Made by a program: the position numbers and the translations under genes
Notes under the pieces: model-generated
What the model saw: the letters and a program-made list of their open reading frames with translations, nothing else
Databases searched by the model: none
Told to the model about the DNA's origin: nothing
Assembly (NCBI GenBank): GCA_041687695.1
Contig: JAWLBL010000015.1
Coordinates: forward strand, 131,627 to 195,626
DNA: 64,000 nt
Direction: 5' to 3'
DNA from: Myxococcota bacterium
GTDB lineage: Bacteria; Myxococcota_A; UBA9042; PHBI01; JAWLBL01
Shown: positions 12,576 through 21,082 of the stretch, piece after piece
How the letters are laid out: the number at the start of each line of letters is the position of its first letter
Position numbering within the stretch: position 1 is the stretch's first letter

Positions 12576-14971
12576 ACATGGCCCGTCGAGGCGCGTTGGT
12601 GCGATGGTTCGAGGACGTGAGGCGCGACGACGTCGCGTCGGTGGGCGGCAAGAACGCCTCGCTGGGCGAGATGACGGCGAAGCTGCGCGACGCGGGCATC
12701 GCGGTGCCCGGCGGGTTCGCGACGACGGCCGCGGCCTACCGGCAGGTGCTGCGCGAGGCGGGGCTCGACGACGCGATGCGCGAGCAGCTGGAAGCGCTGG
12801 AGCGCGACCCGGAGGCGTTGCCGAAGGTGGGCGCGGCGCTGCGGAAGCTGGTTGGCGATGCGCCGCTGCCCAAGGCGCTGGAGCGTGAAATCCGCGAGGC
12901 CTACGCGGAGCTGTCGCGGCGGTACGAGGTCGAGGCGGCGGACGTGGCCGTGCGAAGCAGCGCGACCGCCGAGGACCTGCCCGAGGCCAGCTTCGCCGGG
13001 CAGCAGGAGACCTTCTTGAACGTGCGCGGGGCGGACGCCGTGCTGGCGGCGGTGCGGCGCTGCATGGCCTCGCTGTTCACCGACCGCGCCATCGCCTACC
13101 GGGACCGGCACGGCTTCGACCACCTGTCGGTCGCGCTGTCGGTGGGCGTGCAGAAGATGGTGCGCTCGGACAAGGCCGGGGCGGGCGTCGCCTTCACGCT
13201 GGACCCCGAGACGGGCTTTCCGCGGGTGGTCGTCATCAACGCGGCGTTCGGGCTGGGCGAGAGCGTGGTGTCGGGCCAGGTCGACCCGGACCAGTACGTG
13301 GTGTTCCGGCCCTTGCTGGGGCAGGCGCGGCCCATCGTCGACAAGCGGCGCGGGGGCAAGGAGATCCGCGTCGACTACGGAGAAGGCGGCGAGGGCCGCG
13401 AGACGGTGACGCGGGAGGTGCCCGAGGGCGAGCGGCTGCGGTGGGTGCTGAGCGACGACGAGATCCTGACGCTGGCGACGTGGTGCGAGCGCATCGAGGC
13501 GCACTACGGGCGGCCGATGGACATCGAGTGGGCCAAGGACGGCGAGTCGGGCGAGCTGTTCATCGTGCAGGCGCGGCCCGAGACGGTGCAGCGCGGGCGC
13601 AACCCGACGTCGCTGGAGAGCTTTCGCCTCGAGGGCGAGGGCGAGCGCCTGGTGACGGGGCTGGCCATCGGGCAGGGCATCGCGGCCGGGCCGGTGTGCG
13701 TGCTGGGCAGCGCGGCCGAGGGCGCGGCCTTCCCGGAGGGGGGCGTGCTGGTGACGGCGATGACCGACCCGGACTGGGTGCCGGTGATGCGGCGGGCGGC
13801 GGCCATCGTGACCGACCACGGCGGGCGGACCTCGCACGCGGCCATCGTCAGCCGCGAGCTGGGCGTGCCGGCGGTCATCGGGGCGGGCGACGCCACGGCG
13901 ACGCTGCGGTCGGGCGACGAGGTGACGGTCAGCTGCGCCGAGGGTGACGCCGGGTACGTGTACCGGGGGCGGCTCGCGTGGCGGCAGGAGGCCATCTCGC
14001 TCGAGGACCTGCCCGAGACGCGGACGCGGCTGATGATGAACCTGGCGACGCCGGACGCGGCCTTCCGCTGGTGGCGGCTGCCGGCGCGCGGGGTGGGGCT
14101 CGCGCGCATGGAGTTCATCCTGAGCGACGCCATCCGGGTGCATCCGATGGCGCTGCTGCGCCCCGAGCAGGTCGAGGACGCGGCGGCGCGGCGCGAGATC
14201 GAGGCGCTGACGGCCGGCTACGAGGACAAGGCCGAGTACTTCGTCGAGCGGCTGGCCTTCGGCATCGCGCGCATCGCGGCGGCGCTGCACCCCGAGCCGG
14301 TGGTGGTGCGGACGAGCGACTTCAAGACCAACGAGTACGCCCAGCTGCTGGGCGGGCGGGCGTTCGAGCCGCGCGAGGAGAACCCGATGTTGGGGTTCCG
14401 CGGGGCGTCCCGCTACTACAGCCCGCGTTATCGCGACGCGTTCGCGCTGGAGTGCCGGGCGCTGCGACGGGTGCGCGAGGAGATGGGACTGGCGAACGTG
14501 GTCGTGATGATCCCCTTCTGCCGCACGCTCGAGGAGGCGGATCGGGTGCTGGAGATCATGGCCGAGCAGGGCCTGCGGCGGGGTGAGCGGGGGCTCGAGG
14601 TCTTTGTCATGGCCGAGATCCCCAGCAACATCCTGCTGACCGAGGGCTTCGCCGAGCGCTTCGACGGCTTCTCCATCGGCTCGAACGATCTGACGCAGCT
14701 GACGCTGGGTGTCGACCGCGACTCGGCCGAGCTGAAGCACGTCTTCGACGAGCGCAACCCGGCGGTCAAGGCGCTGGTGGCCGACCTCATCCGGCGGGCG
14801 CACGCGGCCGGGCGCAAGGTCGGCATCTGCGGGCAGGCGCCCAGCGATTATCCGGACTTCGCGGCCTTCCTGGTCGAGGAGGGCATCGACTCGATCTCGC
14901 TCAACCCGGACAGCCTCGTGCGCACGCTGCACACGGTCGCCGAGGCCGAGGCGCGGCTGAAGCCGTCCTGA
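12572..14971 (+). CDS. ppsA: Phosphoenolpyruvate synthase
   Basis: VGGKNASLGEM, AVRSSATAEDLP, QARPETV, GGRTSHAAI (phospho-His), SIGSNDLTQ and GICGQAPS. Confidence 0.95.
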   Translation: MNMARRGALVRWFEDVRRDDVASVGGKNASLGEMTAKLRDAGIAVPGGFATTAAAYRQVLREAGLDDAMREQLEALERDPEALPKVGAALRKLVGDAPLPKALEREIREAYAELSRRYEVEAADVAVRSSATAEDLPEASFAGQQETFLNVRGADAVLAAVRRCMASLFTDRAIAYRDRHGFDHLSVALSVGVQKMVRSDKAGAGVAFTLDPETGFPRVVVINAAFGLGESVVSGQVDPDQYVVFRPLLGQARPIVDKRRGGKEIRVDYGEGGEGRETVTREVPEGERLRWVLSDDEILTLATWCERIEAHYGRPMDIEWAKDGESGELFIVQARPETVQRGRNPTSLESFRLEGEGERLVTGLAIGQGIAAGPVCVLGSAAEGAAFPEGGVLVTAMTDPDWVPVMRRAAAIVTDHGGRTSHAAIVSRELGVPAVIGAGDATATLRSGDEVTVSCAEGDAGYVYRGRLAWRQEAISLEDLPETRTRLMMNLATPDAAFRWWRLPARGVGLARMEFILSDAIRVHPMALLRPEQVEDAAARREIEALTAGYEDKAEYFVERLAFGIARIAAALHPEPVVVRTSDFKTNEYAQLLGGRAFEPREENPMLGFRGASRYYSPRYRDAFALECRALRRVREEMGLANVVVMIPFCRTLEEADRVLEIMAEQGLRRGERGLEVFVMAEIPSNILLTEGFAERFDGFSIGSNDLTQLTLGVDRDSAELKHVFDERNPAVKALVADLIRRAHAAGRKVGICGQAPSDYPDFAAFLVEEGIDSISLNPDSLVRTLHTVAEAEARLKPS

Positions 14972-14986
14972 GCGCGCGCGCGGCGG

Positions 14987-16099
14987 TCAGCCCAGGCGGG
15001 TCAGCGCGTCGGGGAAGAGCAGCAGGACCAGGCCCAGCGCGGCGATGACGGCGCCGCTGACCAGCTTGAGGAGGCGGCCGCCGCGCTCTTGCAGCTTTCG
15101 CTTGGACAGGGTGACGACCGCGATGATCAGCATCACCGAGTCGTCCAGGACGTAGGCCAGGTTGTAGAGCGCGAGGTAGCCGTAATAGGACCAGGCGGGC
15201 TGGTCGTAGGTGGTCAGGATCTGGGTGTACAGGGCCGGGAAGCCGGCGGTGCAGAGCAGCTCGACCACGTTGACGAGCCCGGAGAGGACGGCGACCGCGG
15301 CGAGGGCGGCCGGCAGGTTCTCGGCGCGCAGGATGCGGCGCACCTGGCGGTACAGGGCCGGCTTGGCGCGCGCGGGGATGGACAGGCTGGGGCCGCGGCC
15401 GAAGGCGAAGAAGTCCTTGATGTTGATGGCGCCCATGGTGAGGGCGACGAGGCCGAGCGCGACCTGCAGGGCGCGTGAGTAGCCGACGAGGAGGAAGATC
15501 TCGAGCCAGGCGGCCATGAAGGCGAAGTAGAGCAGGCCGCCGACCAGGACGAAGGTGCCGCCGACGAGGGCCATGCGGCGGCGGTCGTGCAGGTTGACGA
15601 GGAGGCTCAGGAGGTAGAGCAGCGCCCACATGGCGCAGGGGTTGAAGCCGTCGAGCAGGCCGAGGACGACGGTGAACAGGGGCAGGCCGAGGTCGTCGAC
15701 GTCGACCGGGCCGACCAGGGGCAGGTCGACGCGGCGGGGCGGGGCGCGGGCGGGGGCGGAGGCGAGGCCGAGCAGGGCGCGGAGGCGGGGGCCGCTGGTG
15801 GCGGGGGTGTCGAAGCCGACGAGGAGGCGGTCGCCGGCGACGAAGGTGGGGACGCCGGCGGGCGAGGCGCCGTGGGCGTCGGAGAGGGCGCGGAGGCGGG
15901 CGAGGGCGGCCGGGTCGGCGACGACGTCGTGGTAGACGATGGTGAGGTCGGGGTGCTGGCGGTGGAGGTCGGCGAGGTAGGCCTCGGCGTCGGCGCAGTG
16001 GGGGCAGCCGGGGCGGACGAAGACCTCGAGGTCGGGCGGTGGCGCGGCGGGGAGGGCCGCGAGGAGCCACAGCGCGAGGGCGGCGAGGGAGGGGGGCAT
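14987..16099 (-). CDS. Glutaredoxin/NrdH-like domain fused to a DsbD/CcdA-like transmembrane domain
   Basis: Signal peptide, CPHC redoxin site, GVPT cis-Pro motif, then TM region with DGFNPCAMW and VELLCTAGFP. Confidence 0.75.
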   Translation of the reverse strand: MPPSLAALALWLLAALPAAPPPDLEVFVRPGCPHCADAEAYLADLHRQHPDLTIVYHDVVADPAALARLRALSDAHGASPAGVPTFVAGDRLLVGFDTPATSGPRLRALLGLASAPARAPPRRVDLPLVGPVDVDDLGLPLFTVVLGLLDGFNPCAMWALLYLLSLLVNLHDRRRMALVGGTFVLVGGLLYFAFMAAWLEIFLLVGYSRALQVALGLVALTMGAINIKDFFAFGRGPSLSIPARAKPALYRQVRRILRAENLPAALAAVAVLSGLVNVVELLCTAGFPALYTQILTTYDQPAWSYYGYLALYNLAYVLDDSVMLIIAVVTLSKRKLQERGGRLLKLVSGAVIAALGLVLLLFPDALTRLG

Positions 16100-16137
16100 G
16101 GGCCGAGAGCGTGGCCTGCCCGGACCGAGGGGGGAAC

Positions 16138-16165
16138 GCCGCGGCCCGATTCGTGGGGCCGCGGC
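16138..16165 (-). terminator. GC-rich hairpin downstream of nnrS
   Basis: GCCGCGGCCC-gattcgtg-GGGCCGCGGC; no clear U-tract. Confidence 0.35.
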
Positions 16166-16184
16166 CGGGGGGCAGCGGTTGGGT

Positions 16185-17381
16185 TCAGCCGGGCGCGCCG
16201 TCGGGGCGGGGCGTGGTGAGGATGCGCCAGTAGACGCCGACGAAGAGGGCGAAGGCGGCGGCCCAGAGGGTGCCGGAGGCCATGAGGGCCTGCGGGTAGT
16301 GGGCGGGGGAGGCGAGGGGGATGACGACGCGGGCGAGGGCGGCGGCGGTGAGCAGGACGTAGCCGGCGACGGTGACTCGCGAGACGACGAGGGGGCGGCC
16401 GGTGTGGCCGAGGGAGACGCGGGACATCATGCCGAGGATGAGGGTGCCGAGGGCGCCGACGGTCAGGGCGTGCAGGGGGGCGGTGCCGCCGAGGGCGGGG
16501 ACCCAGGGGGACAGGCCGAGCATCAGGAGGCCGAGGCCGATCCAGAGGTAGCCGAGGTGGAGGACCCAGAGGATGGGGCGGGTCAGGGTGGCGGTCGGGT
16601 TCCAGCCGGCGAGGCGGGCCAGGTTGGCGACGGCGGCGGCCAGGGCGAGCGGGGCGGCGATGGCGTGCAGGCCGAAGAGGTGGACCGGGACGAGGGCGAG
16701 GGTCAGGCCGAAGGCGGACCAGTCGAGCCAGGGACGGCTGACGACGTTGGCCTCCTTGACGGCGTTGCGGGTGAAGAAGGGGATGACGCGGCCGCCGACC
16801 AGGACCAGGAAGACGACCAGGACGTCGACGCCGGCGGTCAGGGCGGCGCGGGGCAGGGCGCCGCCGCCGGCGTGGAAGGCCAGGTTGATGAGGCCCAGGA
16901 CCAGCAGCAGGAGCGGGATGCCGTAGTTGCGCTTATTGCGTGAGCGCCAGATGGGGCGGGCGATGGCCAGGGCGACGGCCGGCAGGAAGGCGACGTCGAT
17001 GGCGGCGACCAGGCCGGCCGGCCAGTCCCCGCCGATCAGCATCGCGACCCGGCCGGCGACGAAGAGCAGGACCAGCGCGGCGAGCGAGGCCCCCGAGGGC
17101 GTCGGCTGCTTGGTCCAGTTCTTCACGGCGGTCAGCAGGAACCCGGCGATGACGGCGACGGCGAAGCCGAAGATCATCTCGTGCGCGTGCCAGGCGGTCG
17201 GATCGACCGCGAGCGGCAGCGTGGTCCCGCTGAACAGGACGTGCAGCCACAGGGGCAGCCACACGGCGGCCAGCAGCCCGGCGAGCAGGAAGAAGGGCCG
17301 GAAGCCCAGGGCGAGCACCGGATGGGCGAAGATCCCTCTCGGCGCGTCCTCGGCGGGGGTCATGTAGCGTTCGATCCGCAT
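16185..17381 (-). CDS. nnrS: NnrS family NO-stress membrane protein
   Basis: GFRPFFL, WHAHEMIFGF, GFLLTAVKNWT, GGRVIPFFT, HALTVG and RVSLGHTGR; GGAGG RBS. Confidence 0.93.
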   Translation of the reverse strand: MRIERYMTPAEDAPRGIFAHPVLALGFRPFFLLAGLLAAVWLPLWLHVLFSGTTLPLAVDPTAWHAHEMIFGFAVAVIAGFLLTAVKNWTKQPTPSGASLAALVLLFVAGRVAMLIGGDWPAGLVAAIDVAFLPAVALAIARPIWRSRNKRNYGIPLLLLVLGLINLAFHAGGGALPRAALTAGVDVLVVFLVLVGGRVIPFFTRNAVKEANVVSRPWLDWSAFGLTLALVPVHLFGLHAIAAPLALAAAVANLARLAGWNPTATLTRPILWVLHLGYLWIGLGLLMLGLSPWVPALGGTAPLHALTVGALGTLILGMMSRVSLGHTGRPLVVSRVTVAGYVLLTAAALARVVIPLASPAHYPQALMASGTLWAAAFALFVGVYWRILTTPRPDGAPG

Positions 17382-17465
17382 GCGTCCTCCCGACGCGCGA
17401 CCCCGTCCGCGAGGCCGCCTTCGGCCTGGATGATGGGAACGACTTGCCGATTAGGCAATGTCGGA
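17126..17465. repeat. 340-bp direct repeat, copy 1 (nnrS 5' end plus promoter)
   Basis: Identical by eye to 20074..20413 (offset 2948). Confidence 0.9.
17430..17458 (-). promoter_or_regulatory. Candidate sigma70 promoter of nnrS with an overlapping palindromic operator
   Basis: Minus strand TTGCCT-N17-CATCAT. Palindrome TTGCC-N5-GGCAA at 17444-17458 overlaps the -35. Confidence 0.55.
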
Positions 17466-17543
17466 CTCGAAGGTCCGATAAAAAAGCCCCGACCGGGCGC
17501 CGTGCTCTCCAGACGGAGCCCGGAACCTTCATCGTGACGGCGT

Positions 17544-17986
17544 AAGTACTTCGACTCGCGCGCCAACCGCCCGACGAGGCCAAAACCACCATCACCCTCC
17601 CGGCCCAGGTCTCCCACCTCTCCCCCGCCGCCTTCGCCGACCTCCTCACCCGCCGCGTCGCCGTCGCCGAGGCCGATCTCCAGCGCCGGTTCGCCAACGA
17701 AGGCCGCCGCTTCCTCGGCCTCGACAAGGTCCTCCGCACCAAGCGCCACTCCCAGCCCACCTCCTGGGAGAAGCGTCGCGGCATCAACCCGACCCTCGCC
17801 TGCCGCGACCCCGAGGCCCGCTGCCTCCAGCTCGCCGCCGACAAGCCTTGGCAGGACGCCTACGCCGCAGCCCTCACCGACTGGCGCCAGGGCGACCGCG
17901 ACACCCTCTTCCCCGCCCACACCAGGAAGTTGGCCCGCCTGCACGGCGCCCGCACCGCGCCGCCCCTGAGCGCCCGCGCCGCCTGA
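17544..17986 (+). pseudogene. C-terminal remnant of an extended Y1/IS200-like transposase, preceded by a degenerate RAYT 5' fragment
   Basis: Reads KYFD../frameshift/PDEAKTTITLP..GRRFLGLDKVL..RRGINPTLACRD..YAAALTDWRQGDRDTLFP*. No start codon or HUH motif. Upstream GGAACCTTCATCGTGACGGCGT matches the RAYT at about 20563. Confidence 0.55.
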
Positions 17987-18255
17987 GCGCGGCCCCCCGG
18001 GGACCCAGCGCCGCCCACCCTATCCCCCTTCCAGGGCGTCCGTCCCCCGGTCGCACCGCACCCGTCCGCCCAGCGCCCCACTTTCAGCCCTCAGCCGCCG
18101 CCTTCGTACCCCGCAACCAGCCCGTTCACCGCTCCCCGCCCCCGATTTCCTCCCCGCCAGCCCCCAAGTCGGCCGGCCCCCAAGACCCGACCCTTGGTGC
18201 GGCATCTTGGCCCGTCACGAGCTGACGCAGAGAGACCAGGCCCACGCGCGCTCCC

Positions 18256-19539
18256 CTAATCAGCCGACTTGCAGCGCAGGACCTCGACCTCCGAGAGCGC
18301 GACGTCGTTCCAGCGGGCGCCGCGGGCGACCTCGAAGATCTCGAGGGTCAGACGTTTTGTGGGCTCCTCGACGGCGTAGACGGGGATCTCCGTGAAGCCG
18401 CGCTTGTCCGTCGGCAGGTCGACGAGGTGGCCGTTGGAGCCGAACAGTCCGATGTAGACCTTGCTCGCCCGGTTGTTCAGGGCGAACAGGTCGCCGAGGG
18501 CGTCCTTGCGCTGGAAACCGTTGGCGAGCCGGACCATGACGACATCGGTGGGCGTAGCGAGGTGGAGGGTCACCTTCGCGCCGGCGCCGCCCTGCTTCGA
18601 GGGGCTGGGCTGCCAGCTCGTGTCGAGCTTGCCATCGTGGAGGTGGGCGGCGTCGAAGCGGTAGCCGCCCGAGGGCCGGTGGGTGGAGCTGGCCTCGACG
18701 CGTTCGATGGGGACGCGGACCAGCTCGCCCGCGGGGCACTCGGGCTCCTCGGGGTTGTCGGTCATGCAGCGATCGTCGTCCGAGCTGTCGCACGCGCCAA
18801 AGCGCTTGCAGACCACCGACTCGCTGCAGTCCAGCACCCTGCATTGGGGGGCGAAGACACCGATCCCCTGGTCCGCGACGCAGGCGCCGTAGACTTTGCA
18901 GTTGGTGGACTGGCGGCAGTCCGCGTCCGACTCGACCTGGCAGGAGCCGTCGACGAGCTGACAGCGGCCGTGGGTTCGGCACTCGGGTGAGGCGCGACAG
19001 ACGGCCGCGCTGCGCACGACGCAGGCGCCGTCCCGCGCGACGCAGCGGTGTTCGAGGGTGCAGGCGCGGCTCTCTTTGCACATCGCGTCGGTCGTGACGC
19101 CACAACGGGCGCCCTCGCGGTGGACCTGGACCCTGTCGTCGACGGCAAGCTCCGGCGCCTCCTGCGGGACGAGCCCACAGGCGCCGACCGCCGCGCACCG
19201 CGCGCTGGCGGCGCAGGCCGCCTCCGAGCCGGCCACGCAGATCGGGCGGCCGTCGACCTCGCTCTTCGCCTCGACGCAGCGGCCGTAGACGGCGCAGGCC
19301 GGCGAGTCCTTGCAGCCCTTGGGCCCGACGACGCAGCCCGCGTCCTGCTCGAACGCGCAGCGCCCCTGGTTGGCGCACCACGAGCACCGCGCCGGCGCGC
19401 AATGCATCGGGTTCGGCCCGTCCTGGCACGTCGCGTCGTCCTGGGGTTCGACGAACCCGTCATCGGCGTGGGCGGCCCCGGGGCCCAGGAGGAGGCCGAG
19501 GCCCTGGATCAGCAAGCAAATGGTCAGTGCTCTCATCAT
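18256..19539 (-). CDS. Secreted Cys-rich repeat protein with C-terminal discoidin/NADase-type glycan-binding-like domain
   Basis: Signal peptide ending AAHA; C..S..C...G.C repeats; C-terminal DGKLDTSW..NGFQ..NNR..LEIFEV..WNDVALSEV. Confidence 0.65.
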   Translation of the reverse strand: MMRALTICLLIQGLGLLLGPGAAHADDGFVEPQDDATCQDGPNPMHCAPARCSWCANQGRCAFEQDAGCVVGPKGCKDSPACAVYGRCVEAKSEVDGRPICVAGSEAACAASARCAAVGACGLVPQEAPELAVDDRVQVHREGARCGVTTDAMCKESRACTLEHRCVARDGACVVRSAAVCRASPECRTHGRCQLVDGSCQVESDADCRQSTNCKVYGACVADQGIGVFAPQCRVLDCSESVVCKRFGACDSSDDDRCMTDNPEEPECPAGELVRVPIERVEASSTHRPSGGYRFDAAHLHDGKLDTSWQPSPSKQGGAGAKVTLHLATPTDVVMVRLANGFQRKDALGDLFALNNRASKVYIGLFGSNGHLVDLPTDKRGFTEIPVYAVEEPTKRLTLEIFEVARGARWNDVALSEVEVLRCKSAD

Positions 19540-19922
19540 GCTCACCACGCCCATGGACCGATAACCGACATAGTGCCCACTACCGGCCCCCGCGTCACCA
19601 GCGAACTGGCAGGCTCCGGGCGCACCGCTGCGTTCGACTCCTCGTGAGCCCTTCACTTCAACAGTGAGCCTGCACAGTGGGCTTGCGGGCGCTTGGTCCT
19701 CGGGCGCACCCTGAGCTGTCGTCAGGGGCAAAGGGGGCAGATACCTGATTGTGATCCCTGTGAAGCAACCCCAGCGGCGACAGCCGAGCGTCCATCGGAG
19801 AGGGGGCCTGGGCGAACCGGCGGTCGCGCGATGCGTCTCGGGTCATCTCAGCAGACCTCGAACGTCCTTTCGAGCATCGAGCGGCGAGCTGGACGTGCCC
19901 GGCGAGTTTCTTCCCAGGGATC

Positions 19923-20071
19923 GTAAGTTGGGACTTGACCCCTGGGATCCCGCCGGCCCCCTGGGATCCCGCCGTGTGAAGCGAGAGCGCGACTCGCTCG
20001 AGCAGACAACCGGAATTTCATCCCGGGCCTGCCACCCGAGTCGTTTGTAAGTTGGGACTTGACCCCTGGGA
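19923..20071. repeat. Two direct copies of GTAAGTTGGGACTTGACCCCTGGGA (19923-19947 and 20047-20071); candidate element ends
   Basis: 25-bp exact repeat ending next to the truncated nnrS copy; contains TGACCCC (reverse complement GGGGTCA). Confidence 0.7.
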
Positions 20072-20073
20072 CG

Positions 20074-20413
20074 CGGCGGTCAGCAGGAACCCGGCGATGA
20101 CGGCGACGGCGAAGCCGAAGATCATCTCGTGCGCGTGCCAGGCGGTCGGATCGACCGCGAGCGGCAGCGTGGTCCCGCTGAACAGGACGTGCAGCCACAG
20201 GGGCAGCCACACGGCGGCCAGCAGCCCGGCGAGCAGGAAGAAGGGCCGGAAGCCCAGGGCGAGCACCGGATGGGCGAAGATCCCTCTCGGCGCGTCCTCG
20301 GCGGGGGTCATGTAGCGTTCGATCCGCATGCGTCCTCCCGACGCGCGACCCCGTCCGCGAGGCCGCCTTCGGCCTGGATGATGGGAACGACTTGCCGATT
20401 AGGCAATGTCGGA
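20074..20413 (-). pseudogene. Truncated nnrS duplicate (about the first 85 codons) plus promoter; direct repeat copy 2
   Basis: Matches nnrS up to GFLLTA, then runs into unrelated sequence (ORF 20018..20329). Confidence 0.85.
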
Positions 20414-20517
20414 TGTCTGGGTCCGAGTAAAGAGTGGCGGTTGGTGCATCGTCGGATCCCCTCTCGGCACGGATCCTGCTCACTCGCCGACGTCCCCCCA
20501 ACACGACAGGAGACGTC

Positions 20518-21057
20518 ATGCCCCAGAGCGCCCACGCACCCCTTCACGGCCTGGACGAGGCCGGGACCTTCATCGTGACGGCGTCGACGTACCACCACCA
20601 TCCCTACTTCGAGCCGCCAGATCTCCGAACGCTCTTGCGCGACGAGCTGCTGGGGACGGCTGACCTCTACGGCTGGTGTCTCGTGGCCTGGGCCGTGATG
20701 CCGGACCACTACCACTTCGTCGGGGCCTGCAAGGCGCGGCCGGTCAACCTCCCCGCGTTCATCGGCCGGCTGCACTCACTGACGGCGCGCGCGGTGAACG
20801 AGCGGGACGGCTGCCCCGAGCGTCGCGTTTGGAGCCAGTACTGGGACACGCGCATCACGAGTCAGCGCAGCTACCTCGCCCGCCTCGCCTACGTGAACCG
20901 CAACCCGGTCAAGCACGGTCTGGTCGAGGTCGCCAGCGAGTATCCGTGGTGCTCGGCCGCCTGGTTCCGCGACAACGCGCCGCCGTCGCTGTTCCGGGTC
21001 GTCTCGCAGTTCAAGGTCGACCGGGTCTCCGTTCGCGAGCCGGGGCCAACGAACTGA
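20518..21057 (+). mobile_element. REP-associated tyrosine transposase (RAYT, HUH Y1)
   Basis: AGGAG RBS; TFIVTAST, HUH motif VMPDHYH, VWSQYWD, YVNRNPVKHGLV and YPWCS. Confidence 0.88.
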
Positions 21058-21082
21058 GTGCGAGCGCCGAGGCTCGTGCAAG

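Noticed and set aside
17444..17458. FNR/NnrR box upstream of nnrS
   Set aside because: The spacer is 5 nt rather than 4 and the half-sites are TTGCC. Kept only as an unassigned operator.
20018..20329. Second functional nnrS
   Set aside because: Only about 85 codons match before unrelated sequence, so most TM helices are missing.
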